58,123 bases of DNA from Nitrospirota bacterium (GTDB lineage: Bacteria; JACPQY01): the NCBI GenBank assembly GCA_016180645.1, contig JACPAV010000015.1, forward strand, positions 62,001-120,123. The letters run 5' to 3'. Shown piece by piece: positions 41,046 to 50,969 of this stretch. The position numbers were made by a program, and so were the translations under genes. How positions within the stretch are numbered: the stretch's first letter is position 1; every line of letters begins with the position of its first letter. The notes beneath the pieces were generated by a model. That model was not told the origin of the DNA, made no database searches, and saw only the letters and a list, made by a program, of their open reading frames with translations.

Positions 41046-41136
41046 GGCGACGAGTGAGCTAAGTGGACGAGGGAATCCCAGCGGCACGAACTTGCGAAGC
41101 GACGCTGGGGCGTCCGAGTGGAGCGCGCTGATAGCT
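41046..41136 (-). other. Degenerate attC-like imperfect palindrome downstream of the kinase gene
   Basis: Minus strand AGCTATC-AGCGCGCTCCACTCGGACG...CGTCCACTTAGCTCACTC-GTCGCC; core boxes are non-canonical. Confidence 0.35.
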
Positions 41137-41150
41137 GCAAACCGTTGCAT

Positions 41151-42389
41151 CTATAGCTTGACCTTGCTCAGAATGTTCTTTCTGAACTCAGCCTGAGCTG
41201 CCTGTTTCTCCAGAGCTGCACGTTCTTCACGCTCCTGGCGGGCAGCATGCTCCCGTTGTCGCTCGACATAGCCACGGTTTGCAGCAGTCACGTAGTTCCT
41301 GGCGTGATTAATCAGCCGCTGCACGAGTTGCTCGTCCTCGCGGACGGCGATTGTCATCGTGTCTCCCCGAATCTCAAATGTTTCTGGTCCAAGGCCAATA
41401 ATTGCGCCGCGCGCGCCGCGCGGCTGCCGAAACTCCTGCGACCACCCGGGTGGGGCATTCCGACTCAGCCTGAGAGTCAAGCTGCCATTGTTGTAGTCAA
41501 ACCCGACAAGGGAAATGGGTACAAACTCAGGTGGCGTAGAAGCCGACAAGACTTGCCTACTGGCGGCGTCGTACTGCTGGAGTGCCACAAAGGCGTTCTT
41601 CCGCGCAATGAGTTCCTTCTTAATTGCCTCGATCGTGGGTGGCCGATTTTGGGGATTCTGCTGGATCATGGGCTCCACGATCTCATCGATGTAGGCGTAC
41701 GGCGGGTTCACGTCCTTCACATGCTTGAACCCCGCGCCTTGCGGCACCGCCGTGGTGAACAACTCATTAAGCATGAGTCCGAGCGAGAATATGTCGGCAC
41801 GGTGATCGACTTGGGCGCCTCTAGTTCTTTGTTCCGGTGCCGAATAAAGGAAATTCGCCATACGAGCGACAAGCTTCGTTTCAACGGCCGTGTAGATTTC
41901 CTCTACTTCGAAGTGTGCAATGCCAAAGTCGGCTACCACCGGAATGTTCTCGGGGTCATTCCACAAGATGTTCTCTGGCTTCAGGTCGCGATGCCAGACA
42001 CCGGTGAGGTGTGCAGCCTCAACGCCGTCGAGTATTTGGGCAAAGACGCGCAAGGCCTCGTCCGGCTTTAATTGGCCCATCTGGGTCCGCAAAGTCCCAG
42101 CGTAGAGGCGCATTACGTAAAACGGACATTTCACACCGTGGTCTGATGTGGCGCCCGTGTCGAGTACTTTTACGATGTTTGGGTGATCTTGTATCTGGCA
42201 GAAAGCGACCTCGTTCTTGAAGCGTTTGAGTCGCTCTGAATTGACACGCTCAGGCGCCAGGCACTTGAGGGCGTACGTCTCACCGGCGGTGTTGGCCACC
42301 TCGTAGACGCGGCCCGCGCCACCTTCGCCGATAACCTTCGTGGCGCGGTAGGACTCGAAGGGCGTTTCAAACGACGTCTGTTTGATCAC
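41151..42389 (-). CDS. Stand-alone Ser/Thr protein kinase with lower GC
   Basis: IGEGGAG, HRDLKPEN, DFG, YSAPE. Confidence 0.9.
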   Translation of the reverse strand: MIKQTSFETPFESYRATKVIGEGGAGRVYEVANTAGETYALKCLAPERVNSERLKRFKNEVAFCQIQDHPNIVKVLDTGATSDHGVKCPFYVMRLYAGTLRTQMGQLKPDEALRVFAQILDGVEAAHLTGVWHRDLKPENILWNDPENIPVVADFGIAHFEVEEIYTAVETKLVARMANFLYSAPEQRTRGAQVDHRADIFSLGLMLNELFTTAVPQGAGFKHVKDVNPPYAYIDEIVEPMIQQNPQNRPPTIEAIKKELIARKNAFVALQQYDAASRQVLSASTPPEFVPISLVGFDYNNGSLTLRLSRNAPPGWSQEFRQPRGARGAIIGLGPETFEIRGDTMTIAVREDEQLVQRLINHARNYVTAANRGYVERQREHAARQEREERAALEKQAAQAEFRKNILSKVKL

Positions 42390-42666
42390 GATAGCGGTCG
42401 TGTGCGGCGAATCATTGATTACCTACCATTTTGCCCTGAAAATGCGCACTCTCGTTTTCGGGCAGTTTTGCCCGAAGCCGGCTATCAGCGATCTCACGGT
42501 GTCATTACAAGAGACCTATATGCCTGGTTTGACAAATAGGCAACGGCCAACTCGGCGACTTGTCTGCATGCGTTCACGCACAGGCAGGCGGGACGGCCGC
42601 CAACAAATCCACCCCCGTCCCGGTTCAGAACTTGCCGTGGTTTCTCATCGGGCGTAGGATGAGGCT

Positions 42667-43062
42667 GTGAGCAAGCCCGTTCTCGAAGTCGGTCTCACCA
42701 CGCTGGAGGGCAAGAATACGCGCCTCCGCGCGGTGTTCGATACGGGAGCCTATCCTTCCATCGTTCGTGAGGACAGAATCCCAACAGGAGCCACGGTCAT
42801 TCGCAGAGCCGAGCCCGCTGAAATGAGGACAGCGGCCACCGGAGGCAAGCTCAGAATCACGGGAGGCGTCATTTTTGTCATTGAAATCGGGGAAAAGTTG
42901 GTTCAGACGTATGCGTTGGTCTCTCCCGACTTGGCGCAGGACATGCTCATTGGGTCGGAAACCATGCAGGCTTGGGACATCACGATTCAGAACAGCAACG
43001 GTCGGACGAAAGTGATCGTCGGACGAGACCTTCGCGACCCGGATATCCAGGAAGTTGACTGA
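42667..43062 (+). CDS. Retropepsin-like aspartyl protease
   Basis: AVFDTGA, MLIG. Confidence 0.75.
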   Translation: MSKPVLEVGLTTLEGKNTRLRAVFDTGAYPSIVREDRIPTGATVIRRAEPAEMRTAATGGKLRITGGVIFVIEIGEKLVQTYALVSPDLAQDMLIGSETMQAWDITIQNSNGRTKVIVGRDLRDPDIQEVD

Positions 43063-44607
43063 TCAGATTCGGTTCTTGGCGACCTGGCCGATTCCGAGGA
43101 CCAGGATCGCCGCCATCGCGTAGGCCCCCGCGAGAACGAGGGGCATGCTGCCCGGCGCGGTCCACGGGAGGAAAAGGCTCCCGCTTTCCAAGGGGCTGTG
43201 GACGATCCCGAACAGGGAGCATCCGCCCAACAGGAGCAGGCAAGCCGCCGCCGCCCGCGCGCGCCCATCGATCAGGAACGCGAGCGTCGATCCCCAGAGC
43301 ATTGATGAGACGACGAATCCGTTCCCGAGCAGGAGCAGCCAGGTGTAGGTGTGGACGAATTCGCCGGTGAGGTCGGCAGACGATTTTCCCAAACTTCCGA
43401 AGGCCATTCCGAGCATGATGGTGACGAGCGTGGCGGTCACGGGGACGAAACAGAGCGCAACCGCGGGAGCATGGCGCGGCTCGCTCGCGCGGAACGCCTG
43501 GGACATGATTTCGATCCCGATGAAGACCAGAATCGCCGTGATCGCAACCTTGGGAATCACTTGAACAAATACGTCCAAGAGTCCGAAGCAGCCGCCGATT
43601 CCCATGGCGATCGCGACCGCCAGCGTGTAGCCCGCCTTCCCGCCCATGGATTTGTAGGCCGGGTGGCCGATGTAGGGTGTGTTCTGAATCACGCCGCCGA
43701 AGAGACCCGCGATCAGGGTTGCGAAGGCTTCGGTCAGAAGGATGCTTCTCGTCCCGTACTTGTCGCCCGCCACCGCCGCGCTCTCCGTTACGTCGATTCC
43801 GCCGACGACCGTCGTGAGCGCAAAGGGAATGGCGATGGGGAGGTATGGAACCGCGTCGCGCAATCCTTGTCCCATCGAAGGCATGAACTCGAAGAAATGG
43901 AACGAAACATCGGCGTGCAGTTCAGGGAATGCGGTTCCGGTCGTGATCCACTGGATGAGGTAGTAGAGCACGGTGCCCACGGCAACGGCCGCGACGGCCC
44001 CCGGAACACCCCAAGGCATCCGGATCTTGGCCACGAGAGCGGCGAGGATCACCACGAGCGCCGCAAGACCGGCTATGGGTGACTGAAAAAGATCCAGCGC
44101 GGGAATGAACGCGATCAGGAGAATCGCAACGGCGGCGATGCTTCCCAAGAGCCCGGCGCGGGGCACACGCGCACGGATCCATCCCCCGAACAGAGAAGTG
44201 ACCAGTTTGAAAAGTCCCATCCACACCATGAGTCCCGCAGCCATGTGCCAAGCGGAGGCTGCCGCTTGTTCCAACGGCATCACGCCTTTCATCTTGAGAA
44301 AGAACGGCCCGATGGCGCCGAAGGTGATTCCGAAGGTGGACGGTGTATCGAGGCCGAGGGGCATGGCGGTGACGTCCGCACGGCCCTCGCGTTTCGCGAG
44401 TCGAAACGCCATCCACGTGTAGATGAGATCGCCGACGAGCACCCCGAGCGCCGTTCCGGGGATCATCCCCGTGACACTGTGGGTTGGGAACCCGTACACG
44501 TGGATCAGAATGGCCGACAGAACGATCAGATTGGATGAATTGTCCAGGAACAGCCCGAAGAACGCCCCGACGTCGCCGGGAGCGAGCACCGATCGAAGCG
44601 ATTTCAT
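43063..44607 (-). CDS. NCS2/AzgA-like permease
   Basis: FFGLFLDN, TAMPLGLDTP, ESAAVAGD, TPYIGHPAYK; multiple TM helices. Confidence 0.85.
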   Translation of the reverse strand: MKSLRSVLAPGDVGAFFGLFLDNSSNLIVLSAILIHVYGFPTHSVTGMIPGTALGVLVGDLIYTWMAFRLAKREGRADVTAMPLGLDTPSTFGITFGAIGPFFLKMKGVMPLEQAAASAWHMAAGLMVWMGLFKLVTSLFGGWIRARVPRAGLLGSIAAVAILLIAFIPALDLFQSPIAGLAALVVILAALVAKIRMPWGVPGAVAAVAVGTVLYYLIQWITTGTAFPELHADVSFHFFEFMPSMGQGLRDAVPYLPIAIPFALTTVVGGIDVTESAAVAGDKYGTRSILLTEAFATLIAGLFGGVIQNTPYIGHPAYKSMGGKAGYTLAVAIAMGIGGCFGLLDVFVQVIPKVAITAILVFIGIEIMSQAFRASEPRHAPAVALCFVPVTATLVTIMLGMAFGSLGKSSADLTGEFVHTYTWLLLLGNGFVVSSMLWGSTLAFLIDGRARAAAACLLLLGGCSLFGIVHSPLESGSLFLPWTAPGSMPLVLAGAYAMAAILVLGIGQVAKNRI

Positions 44608-44678
44608 GCGCGTTGACGCAATATAAGAGGTGACAGTATACTTGAATAGGATCAATTAGAGTATACTGTCACCCTTTA

Positions 44679-45311
44679 TCAGAGGCCGAAGAAGGCGGGG
44701 GAGACGACGGTGACGGAGCCCTGAGGGGCCGGGAAAGTCCGCATGCCGTCCTGCGTCAGAATCTGCGAGGCGGCGACGGTGGACACACCGTCCACGCGAT
44801 CCACCACAAAGCCCTTCAGCGATCGATCCACTTTGAGCAGGAGGATCTGGGCGGTTTCCAGCGGCGAGGCGGAGGCGGAGGACCGTCGGGACGCATCGAG
44901 CGAGAAGATTCCGATACGGTCGTGTATCCACCGAGGGAGACTCCCATCCGATTTCTTCATATCCCGGACATTGCGCACGCCCAGCACCCAGCCGACCTCG
45001 CAGGCGAACGGCTCGCCATCCACCATAAACAGGACGAACTGGTGCTCGGTGGCCCGGACTTCCGGCTCGGGGGGGGGGGAGTAGGAGTCGTGCCGGATTC
45101 CCGAATCGAAGACGGATTCCGGGCTCAGCGCGGCCTTGCGATACCACTCCAGAATCGTTCTCGTGCGGCTCTCGGCGGCCAGGCGGTCGCCGGCGTTGCG
45201 ATCCGGATGGTGTTTGAATAGAAGACGGCGCACTTCACGCTTGAGTTCATCGCGCGTAATCCGGCGGGCCTGGAGCTCCCGCTGAAGGGTCTGAATTTCT
45301 TCCACCGTCAT
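44679..45311 (-). CDS. J-domain + CheW-like fusion protein
   Basis: KHHPDRN; QFVLFMVDGEPFACEV...GFVVDRVDGV. Confidence 0.7.
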   Translation of the reverse strand: MTVEEIQTLQRELQARRITRDELKREVRRLLFKHHPDRNAGDRLAAESRTRTILEWYRKAALSPESVFDSGIRHDSYSPPPEPEVRATEHQFVLFMVDGEPFACEVGWVLGVRNVRDMKKSDGSLPRWIHDRIGIFSLDASRRSSASASPLETAQILLLKVDRSLKGFVVDRVDGVSTVAASQILTQDGMRTFPAPQGSVTVVSPAFFGL

Positions 45312-45317
45312 GAAAGA

Positions 45318-45344
45318 GCATCGGAAGGCGGCGGCGGACCTTTA
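45318..45344 (-). promoter_or_regulatory. Sigma28-like promoter
   Basis: TAAA-N15-TCCGATGC, 6 nt before the ATG. Confidence 0.55.
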
Positions 45345-45380
45345 GAGAAAGCTCAAGCATCACAATAACTTGAAGGGAAC

Positions 45381-45407
45381 TTAAGAACCCCATCCAAATT
45401 CCGATCA
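45381..45407 (+). promoter_or_regulatory. Sigma28-like promoter
   Basis: TTAA-N15-TCCGATCA. Confidence 0.45.
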
Positions 45408-45427
45408 TTAACCTTGAGAGGTAGAAC

Positions 45428-45658
45428 ATGACTTTGGGGGCCATTACAGGAGCCAGTGTGCTTTCGCCGCAGCTCTCGTTTTTCACGAGCAGCTTCGGGA
45501 ATCTGTTTTCGGGGTCTACGCAGTTCACGCCGAATTTTCTGGAGGCGTCCACCCTCAGCACGCTCGGTATGACCAACTCGGAACTGACGGGTCTTGCCGA
45601 TCCGATGACGCAGCTTTACGCCGGTTACGTCGGCACGATTCTGAACACGTTTGCCTGA
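45428..45658 (+). CDS. Small protein with YjfB-like C-terminal motif
   Basis: GAGAGG RBS; ends GTILNTFA. Confidence 0.55.
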   Translation: MTLGAITGASVLSPQLSFFTSSFGNLFSGSTQFTPNFLEASTLSTLGMTNSELTGLADPMTQLYAGYVGTILNTFA

Positions 45659-45790
45659 CTACAAGCTTTCGGCTATCAGCAGTCAGCTTTCAGCATTCGG
45701 ACAAAGATAGGCTCGGGACGCGGGCGTCTCGCCCATCGTCCTAATCCGGGACTGGCTCCGCAAGGCTTGCGTTTGATCTATAATGCGGCG

Positions 45791-47338
45791 ATGACGAGCC
45801 AAGAGGGACCGGCTTTCGGGCGTACACGGACCGCCTTCATCCTCTCAACGGTTTTCATCGCGGGCGCCGCCGTCATGGCGATTGAAATTCTGGGGAGCCG
45901 CGTCCTCGGTCCTTTTTTCGGCGCCACGCTTTACGTTTGGGCGGCGCTCATCACGGTGGCCCTTGTCGCGCTTGCCGTGGGTTACTTCGCGGGCGGGCGC
46001 CTTGCCGATGGACGGCCCCACTCCCCTCTGATCGAGACCCTCACCTTTGCCGCCGCCCTCGCGGCCGCCGCCATCCCCGTCCTGCGCGTGGGTGTCCTCG
46101 AATGGACCGGCCCCCTCGGGGCGGTCTCGGGCGCGTTTGTGGCGACGCTCCTCCTGTTTTCGCCGGTCCTGTTCGCCTTGGGGATGGTGACTCCCATGGC
46201 TATTCGATTATCGGAGGGGGCCGCGGAAAAGGCCGGAAGCCGATCGGGAACGATTCTGGCCTTGTCCACGATGGGGGGGGTGTCGGGCTCTCTCTTGAGC
46301 GCATTCGTCCTGATTCCCCATGCAGGAGTCCGCGCATCGATAGGGGGTATTTCCGGGCTCCTCGCGCTTACGGCTGCGGTCGGATTCGCCCTCGGCCGGC
46401 GTTGGGCTCGGGCCACGGCTTCCGCGGCGCTGATGATTCTCAGCCTTGGGTTGGCGGTGCGATCCCGACCTCCTTCGATATCGGCTGTTGTGAGTGAGGG
46501 AATTTTCAAGGGGCCGCGGGTCCTCTACAACGGCGAGAGTTTCTACGGCCGGATCCGGGTGGTGGATTCGGGCCGATACCGGCTCCTCATGATCGACGCC
46601 TACGCTCAGTCCATGGTCGATCGATCGACGGGGGAAAGCGGGTATGCCTATGTGCGGGCCTTCGGCTCATTGCGCCCGATCCTGTCGCCGTCGGCTCGAT
46701 CCGCGCTGCTCGTGGGGGGGGGGGCCGGGCATATCGCGTCCGAGCTGGCGGCCCAGGGCCTTCGTGTGGACATGGTCGAGGTGGATGGGAAGATCCTGGA
46801 CGTGGCGAGGAAATACTTCGGATTTCAGGAGAGGGGCGAGGTGTTCGTTGAGGATGGCCGAAGTTTTCTGAACCGGACCGACCGCGTTTATGATCTCATC
46901 GTTCTCGATGCGTACGCGGGCGGTTGGGTCCCCGCTCACCTGGCGTCGAGGGAATGTTTTCTCGATGCCCGCCGGGTCCTGAAGGGCGACGGCCTTTTGG
47001 CGGTCAACTGGGTGTCCACGGGTCGGATCGGCGCGGAGCAGGCGTCGGTGTATCGAACCCTGAGAGATGTTTTCCCTTCGGTGCGGGTCCATCGCCTGGA
47101 ATCGTCCGGTCTCGCCAATTTCCTGTATTTGGCGTCGGCGGCGGCCGGCGGGGGGCCTGCCGGAGACGGTTCGATTTTCACACCGGAGAATGATGTCACG
47201 GCGGAGATCGTCGCGATGTCCGAGGGAGAGATTTTGACCGACGACCGCAATCGGACCGATCTTCTCCAGACGCCGAAAGCCGAGGCGTTCCGGAATACGA
47301 TGGTCCGCCTGCTGGGCGAGTCGGTCTTCCTGGACTGA
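45791..47338 (+). CDS. Fused MFS / spermidine-synthase-like protein
   Basis: MAIEILGSRVLGPFFG TM region; LVGGGAG, VEVD, EDGR, LDAY, LTDDR. Confidence 0.9.
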   Translation: MTSQEGPAFGRTRTAFILSTVFIAGAAVMAIEILGSRVLGPFFGATLYVWAALITVALVALAVGYFAGGRLADGRPHSPLIETLTFAAALAAAAIPVLRVGVLEWTGPLGAVSGAFVATLLLFSPVLFALGMVTPMAIRLSEGAAEKAGSRSGTILALSTMGGVSGSLLSAFVLIPHAGVRASIGGISGLLALTAAVGFALGRRWARATASAALMILSLGLAVRSRPPSISAVVSEGIFKGPRVLYNGESFYGRIRVVDSGRYRLLMIDAYAQSMVDRSTGESGYAYVRAFGSLRPILSPSARSALLVGGGAGHIASELAAQGLRVDMVEVDGKILDVARKYFGFQERGEVFVEDGRSFLNRTDRVYDLIVLDAYAGGWVPAHLASRECFLDARRVLKGDGLLAVNWVSTGRIGAEQASVYRTLRDVFPSVRVHRLESSGLANFLYLASAAAGGGPAGDGSIFTPENDVTAEIVAMSEGEILTDDRNRTDLLQTPKAEAFRNTMVRLLGESVFLD

Positions 47339-47341
47339 GTC

Positions 47342-47839
47342 CTACGATCGCGTAAGGACTACGGCCACCGGGCCGGCCGAGCCGAGCAGAAAGCTCAACC
47401 GATTTCCCTGCATCTCGACGTTCGTGGCGACGAGTTGCCGCCCGCCGGAAAAGGAGAAGAGGAGCGCGTTCGCGTTGAGCACGCGGAATCGCACCGCTCC
47501 GCCCAGGCCGGTGACTCGGACTTGCGAGAGCGTCCCATCGCTCGAAAAGGTGAGGGACTGTCCGGCGACTTCGCGGAATCGCCCGTTGGGATCGGACTGG
47601 ACGGAGATGCCCGACCACTTCCCGATCACGCGGGTTGCGAGGTCATGCTGCTGGGAAAGCAGGGTTTCCGCATTCTGGAGTCTGGCTTCCAGCGCGTCCG
47701 CCCTGGACCGAAGTTCGGAAGACGACGTCTCCAAGGCCTCGACCCGTTGCGACAATTTGCGGACTTTCGTTCGTGTGCATCCTTCGAGCGGAATCAGGGC
47801 CGTGCCCAGGAAGAACATGATCAGTGCTTTGCGCAGCAT
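47342..47839 (-). CDS. Lipoprotein with coiled coil and lipocalin-like C-terminus
   Basis: GAAGGAGG RBS; LEGC lipobox; IGKW. Confidence 0.65.
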   Translation of the reverse strand: MLRKALIMFFLGTALIPLEGCTRTKVRKLSQRVEALETSSSELRSRADALEARLQNAETLLSQQHDLATRVIGKWSGISVQSDPNGRFREVAGQSLTFSSDGTLSQVRVTGLGGAVRFRVLNANALLFSFSGGRQLVATNVEMQGNRLSFLLGSAGPVAVVLTRS

Positions 47840-48059
47840 TGAAGCCTCCTTCACCAAAGATCCAGCCAATGGGGGTTTCCTTTTCTTGCGGTTGCGCCCC
47901 ATTCTACGCCGAGCCGCGAGCATGACAACCAACATTTGTGGGAAAGGTCTTCTCATCTCGCCCCTCGTCTTCGAGGCCGAAACCCTACCCTCCATGGCAC
48001 GGGGTTCGGCCTCTACCGGCGCACCCGTTGGGGTTTGAGCAGCGGTCCGTCTGGACCCC

Positions 48060-48250
48060 ACTTCACGATAAAAGTGTCAATTAGTAACGCACATGTTACA
48101 TAGAAAAACGTCTTTTCTATTCGCATGTGAGTACAGTGTACTAATTATGTATGCCCGTGTGAGTAGTTTCGATTAGATATGTGAATGTTATAAATTAACG
48201 TGTGAATCTATATGTGGACCTTTACTTGCATGTGGGAGGGTGTGGAAACT
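48060..48250. promoter_or_regulatory. AT-rich divergent regulatory region with repeated TGTGA
   Basis: TGTGA at 48126, 48158, 48180, 48201. Confidence 0.5.
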
Positions 48251-48271
48251 TTCAACCGTGGGGGTGATGCG

Positions 48272-49624
48272 ATGAACAAGATACTTCAGCGGGAGATGTT
48301 GCTTCCTCTTATCATGATCGCCGGCATCGTCGGCGGTGCCGGAACGGTCCGGGCGGCGGAATCGTCCGGTCAACCCGGGCGCTGCAACGCGGCTGCCCAA
48401 ATTGCATCCAAGAATGCGGGCAAAGGGGGGATCACGGCATTGCACAGGGTGGGTTGTCAGGATCCGGCCGGAGCCGACGAGGGGGGCGGCTCCGGTTCGG
48501 GTTCAGCGACGATCGGTCCCGACGGCGGAAAGGTCCTGAGCACGGATGGGATGGCTGAACTTTTTGTGCCGGCGGGCGCGTTGTCCGCCTCATTGGAGAT
48601 CTCCGTGCGGGCGGTGTCGTATCCGGACGGGGAAAAACTCGAGTTCGTCACCGCGGCCTACGACTTCCAACCGGACGGACTGACCTTCGCGGTGCCCGCC
48701 ACGCTCACGCTGCACTATGATCCGTCCCGTCTGCCTCGTGGGGCGACGGAGAACTTGATGAACGTCTATTTTCAGCACACGGACACGGGGAAATGGGAAG
48801 GTCTGTATGGGAAGGCGGACACAGCCACACATACCGTCACGGCGAACGTTCCCCACTTCACCACGTTCTCCGGAGCGCCCGACCGCCATATTCTCATCTA
48901 CGCCATCTCCAACCGGACGGACAGCACCGCCTTCGGCACGATGTGGTACAAGGACCCTTCCGATTTCAGCAAGTTGATCGGCGACCTTTCGTCGGCGGGC
49001 TTCAACCGGATGGATGCGAGGGATGAAGTCGATCTCCCCGAGCTCGATGCCACCACGATCTCGCGCTATCGGCAGGTCTGGGTTCTGGAGGGGGACGGGG
49101 ATGCCACCATCGACGTGACCGCCGCAGAACGAGACCTCCTCCTGCAATACTATTCATTCGGCCGCAGCGTGTGGATCTCGGGCGAGAACAACATGAATCA
49201 GACTTTTCTCGGCCTCGGCGGCGAGACGAATCTCTACTGGTATGAGGATACGAATTTTCTCATGCAGGGTTTCGGGGTGGACAATCCGGGCACGATGATC
49301 CTGACGAACGACGTCACCTACACGTACGCCGCGCACCCGCTCTTCAACAAGATCGATTGGATTTCGTTCAACGGGGAGACCGGGCGGCTGACGACCACCA
49401 ATCCCGCCCTCCAGTGGGTGGTGACGTACGTGAACCAGTTCGACGGACCCGATGCCCCGGCCGGAAAGTACACCGGCATGGGCGTGCTCGATGAAAAAGG
49501 CAAGGGGGCTGGTCGCGCGGTGTTCGATGCCGGCTGGGTGTTGGGCTACTCGTACTTCCGGCTGCACGCCGGCGACGACAACCCTGCCTTCTGTGTGAAC
49601 ATGGCTAATTTTTTGGCCAACTGA
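48272..49624 (+). CDS. Secreted ZU5-like domain protein
   Basis: Signal peptide; IGPDGG..L.VPAGAL..PDGLTFAVPATLTL..VPHFTTF. Confidence 0.75.
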   Translation: MNKILQREMLLPLIMIAGIVGGAGTVRAAESSGQPGRCNAAAQIASKNAGKGGITALHRVGCQDPAGADEGGGSGSGSATIGPDGGKVLSTDGMAELFVPAGALSASLEISVRAVSYPDGEKLEFVTAAYDFQPDGLTFAVPATLTLHYDPSRLPRGATENLMNVYFQHTDTGKWEGLYGKADTATHTVTANVPHFTTFSGAPDRHILIYAISNRTDSTAFGTMWYKDPSDFSKLIGDLSSAGFNRMDARDEVDLPELDATTISRYRQVWVLEGDGDATIDVTAAERDLLLQYYSFGRSVWISGENNMNQTFLGLGGETNLYWYEDTNFLMQGFGVDNPGTMILTNDVTYTYAAHPLFNKIDWISFNGETGRLTTTNPALQWVVTYVNQFDGPDAPAGKYTGMGVLDEKGKGAGRAVFDAGWVLGYSYFRLHAGDDNPAFCVNMANFLAN

Positions 49625-49667
49625 TCACATGTTCCTTTCATTCATCGTGGGGGTGAGGGGAACCCTC

Positions 49668-50843
49668 ATGAGACTGCGCACTTCGGTGAAAGATGCCATG
49701 CTGTCACTATTCCTCCTCGTCACTCTGGGGGTCTCCCCCGTTCAAGCGATGATGGACGATGAGGACGACGACCTCCAGGGGTTTGACGAGGAGGCATCCC
49801 TCCCGGAGTCCGACTCCGGCCGCGACGCCCTCTGCGCCGGCCCGCGCGAGCCCGGATCCAGGACCAAGGACCGGAAGATGAGTGACTCACAGTCTCTATC
49901 CGAATGTCGAGGAGCGGAGGGCTTTTCCGGAGGCGGCGTGCGGGGTCCCGAATCCGCTCTCCTTGGGCCGGAGGGCGGAACCCTTTTCAGCCGAGACGGG
50001 CGCGTGGAGCTTCGCGTTCCCTCCGGCGCCTTGGACTCCTCGGTCCGCATCACGGTCCGCCCCGTGGCGTATCCCGCCGGGGAGAACCTGGAGTTTGCGA
50101 GTCCTGCCTACGATTTTCAGCCCGACGGCCTCCGGTTCGCCGTGCCGGCCCGGCTGACGGTTCGCTACGACCCCTCGGACTTGGATCGGGTGGTGGACCG
50201 GCTCCGCAACGGGGGATTCCCGAGGACCGATGCCGTGGATGAAGCGCTTCGGCCCGATCTGGACTCGGCCACGCTGTCGCATTATCGGCAGGTCTGGATC
50301 GTCGAAGGGGACGGCGATCGGACGATCGACGTCACCGCCGCGGAGCGCGACCTCCTGCTCCGGTTCTATTCCACGGGTCGGGGAGTATGGATCTCAAGCG
50401 AAAATGACATGGACCGCCCGTTCATCAGTTTTGGAATGCCCGAGACGAACCTCTCGTGGTACGAGGACGCGAATTTCCTCATGCAGGGTTTCGGGGTGGA
50501 AAACCCGGGGGACATGATCCTGACGCACGACGTGGCCTACACGTTCAATCATCCGGAGTTGTTCAGGCGGATTGACTGGCTGTCCTTCAACGGAGAGATC
50601 GGGCGGCTCACGGGAACGAATCCGTCGATCCGATGGGTGCTGACGTTCGCCAAGGCCGCCGACGGTCCCGATATCCCCGCCGGAACGTACAACGGCATGG
50701 GTATACTCGATGAGCGCGCCACCGGCGCGGGACGGGCGGTCTTCGATTCGGGGTGGGTGCTCGGCTACGCGTTCCACCGGCTGCACCCCGGCGACGACAA
50801 TCGCCGATTCACGCTGCGGGTCGCACGCTGGATGGACAACTGA
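49668..50843 (+). CDS. Tandem paralog of the ZU5-like protein with a 78-aa in-frame deletion
   Basis: Aligns to 48272..49624 except between the two DPS motifs; start uncertain. Confidence 0.7.
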   Translation: MRLRTSVKDAMLSLFLLVTLGVSPVQAMMDDEDDDLQGFDEEASLPESDSGRDALCAGPREPGSRTKDRKMSDSQSLSECRGAEGFSGGGVRGPESALLGPEGGTLFSRDGRVELRVPSGALDSSVRITVRPVAYPAGENLEFASPAYDFQPDGLRFAVPARLTVRYDPSDLDRVVDRLRNGGFPRTDAVDEALRPDLDSATLSHYRQVWIVEGDGDRTIDVTAAERDLLLRFYSTGRGVWISSENDMDRPFISFGMPETNLSWYEDANFLMQGFGVENPGDMILTHDVAYTFNHPELFRRIDWLSFNGEIGRLTGTNPSIRWVLTFAKAADGPDIPAGTYNGMGILDERATGAGRAVFDSGWVLGYAFHRLHPGDDNRRFTLRVARWMDN

Positions 50844-50845
50844 AA

Positions 50846-50965
50846 ATGGAATCCGATCGAACCGGGAGCGGAGTGTACGCGACGAGACTGTTTTACGTGG
50901 AAGCGGGATTCTACGCCGTTTTCTTCGGATTCATGGTTGCCGCGATTGCCGTGGCGGCCTGGTGA
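50846..50965 (+). CDS. 39-aa single-TM peptide
   Basis: Starts 2 nt after the previous stop; hydrophobic C-terminal half. Confidence 0.35.
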   Translation: MESDRTGSGVYATRLFYVEAGFYAVFFGFMVAAIAVAAW

Positions 50966-50969
50966 GAGC

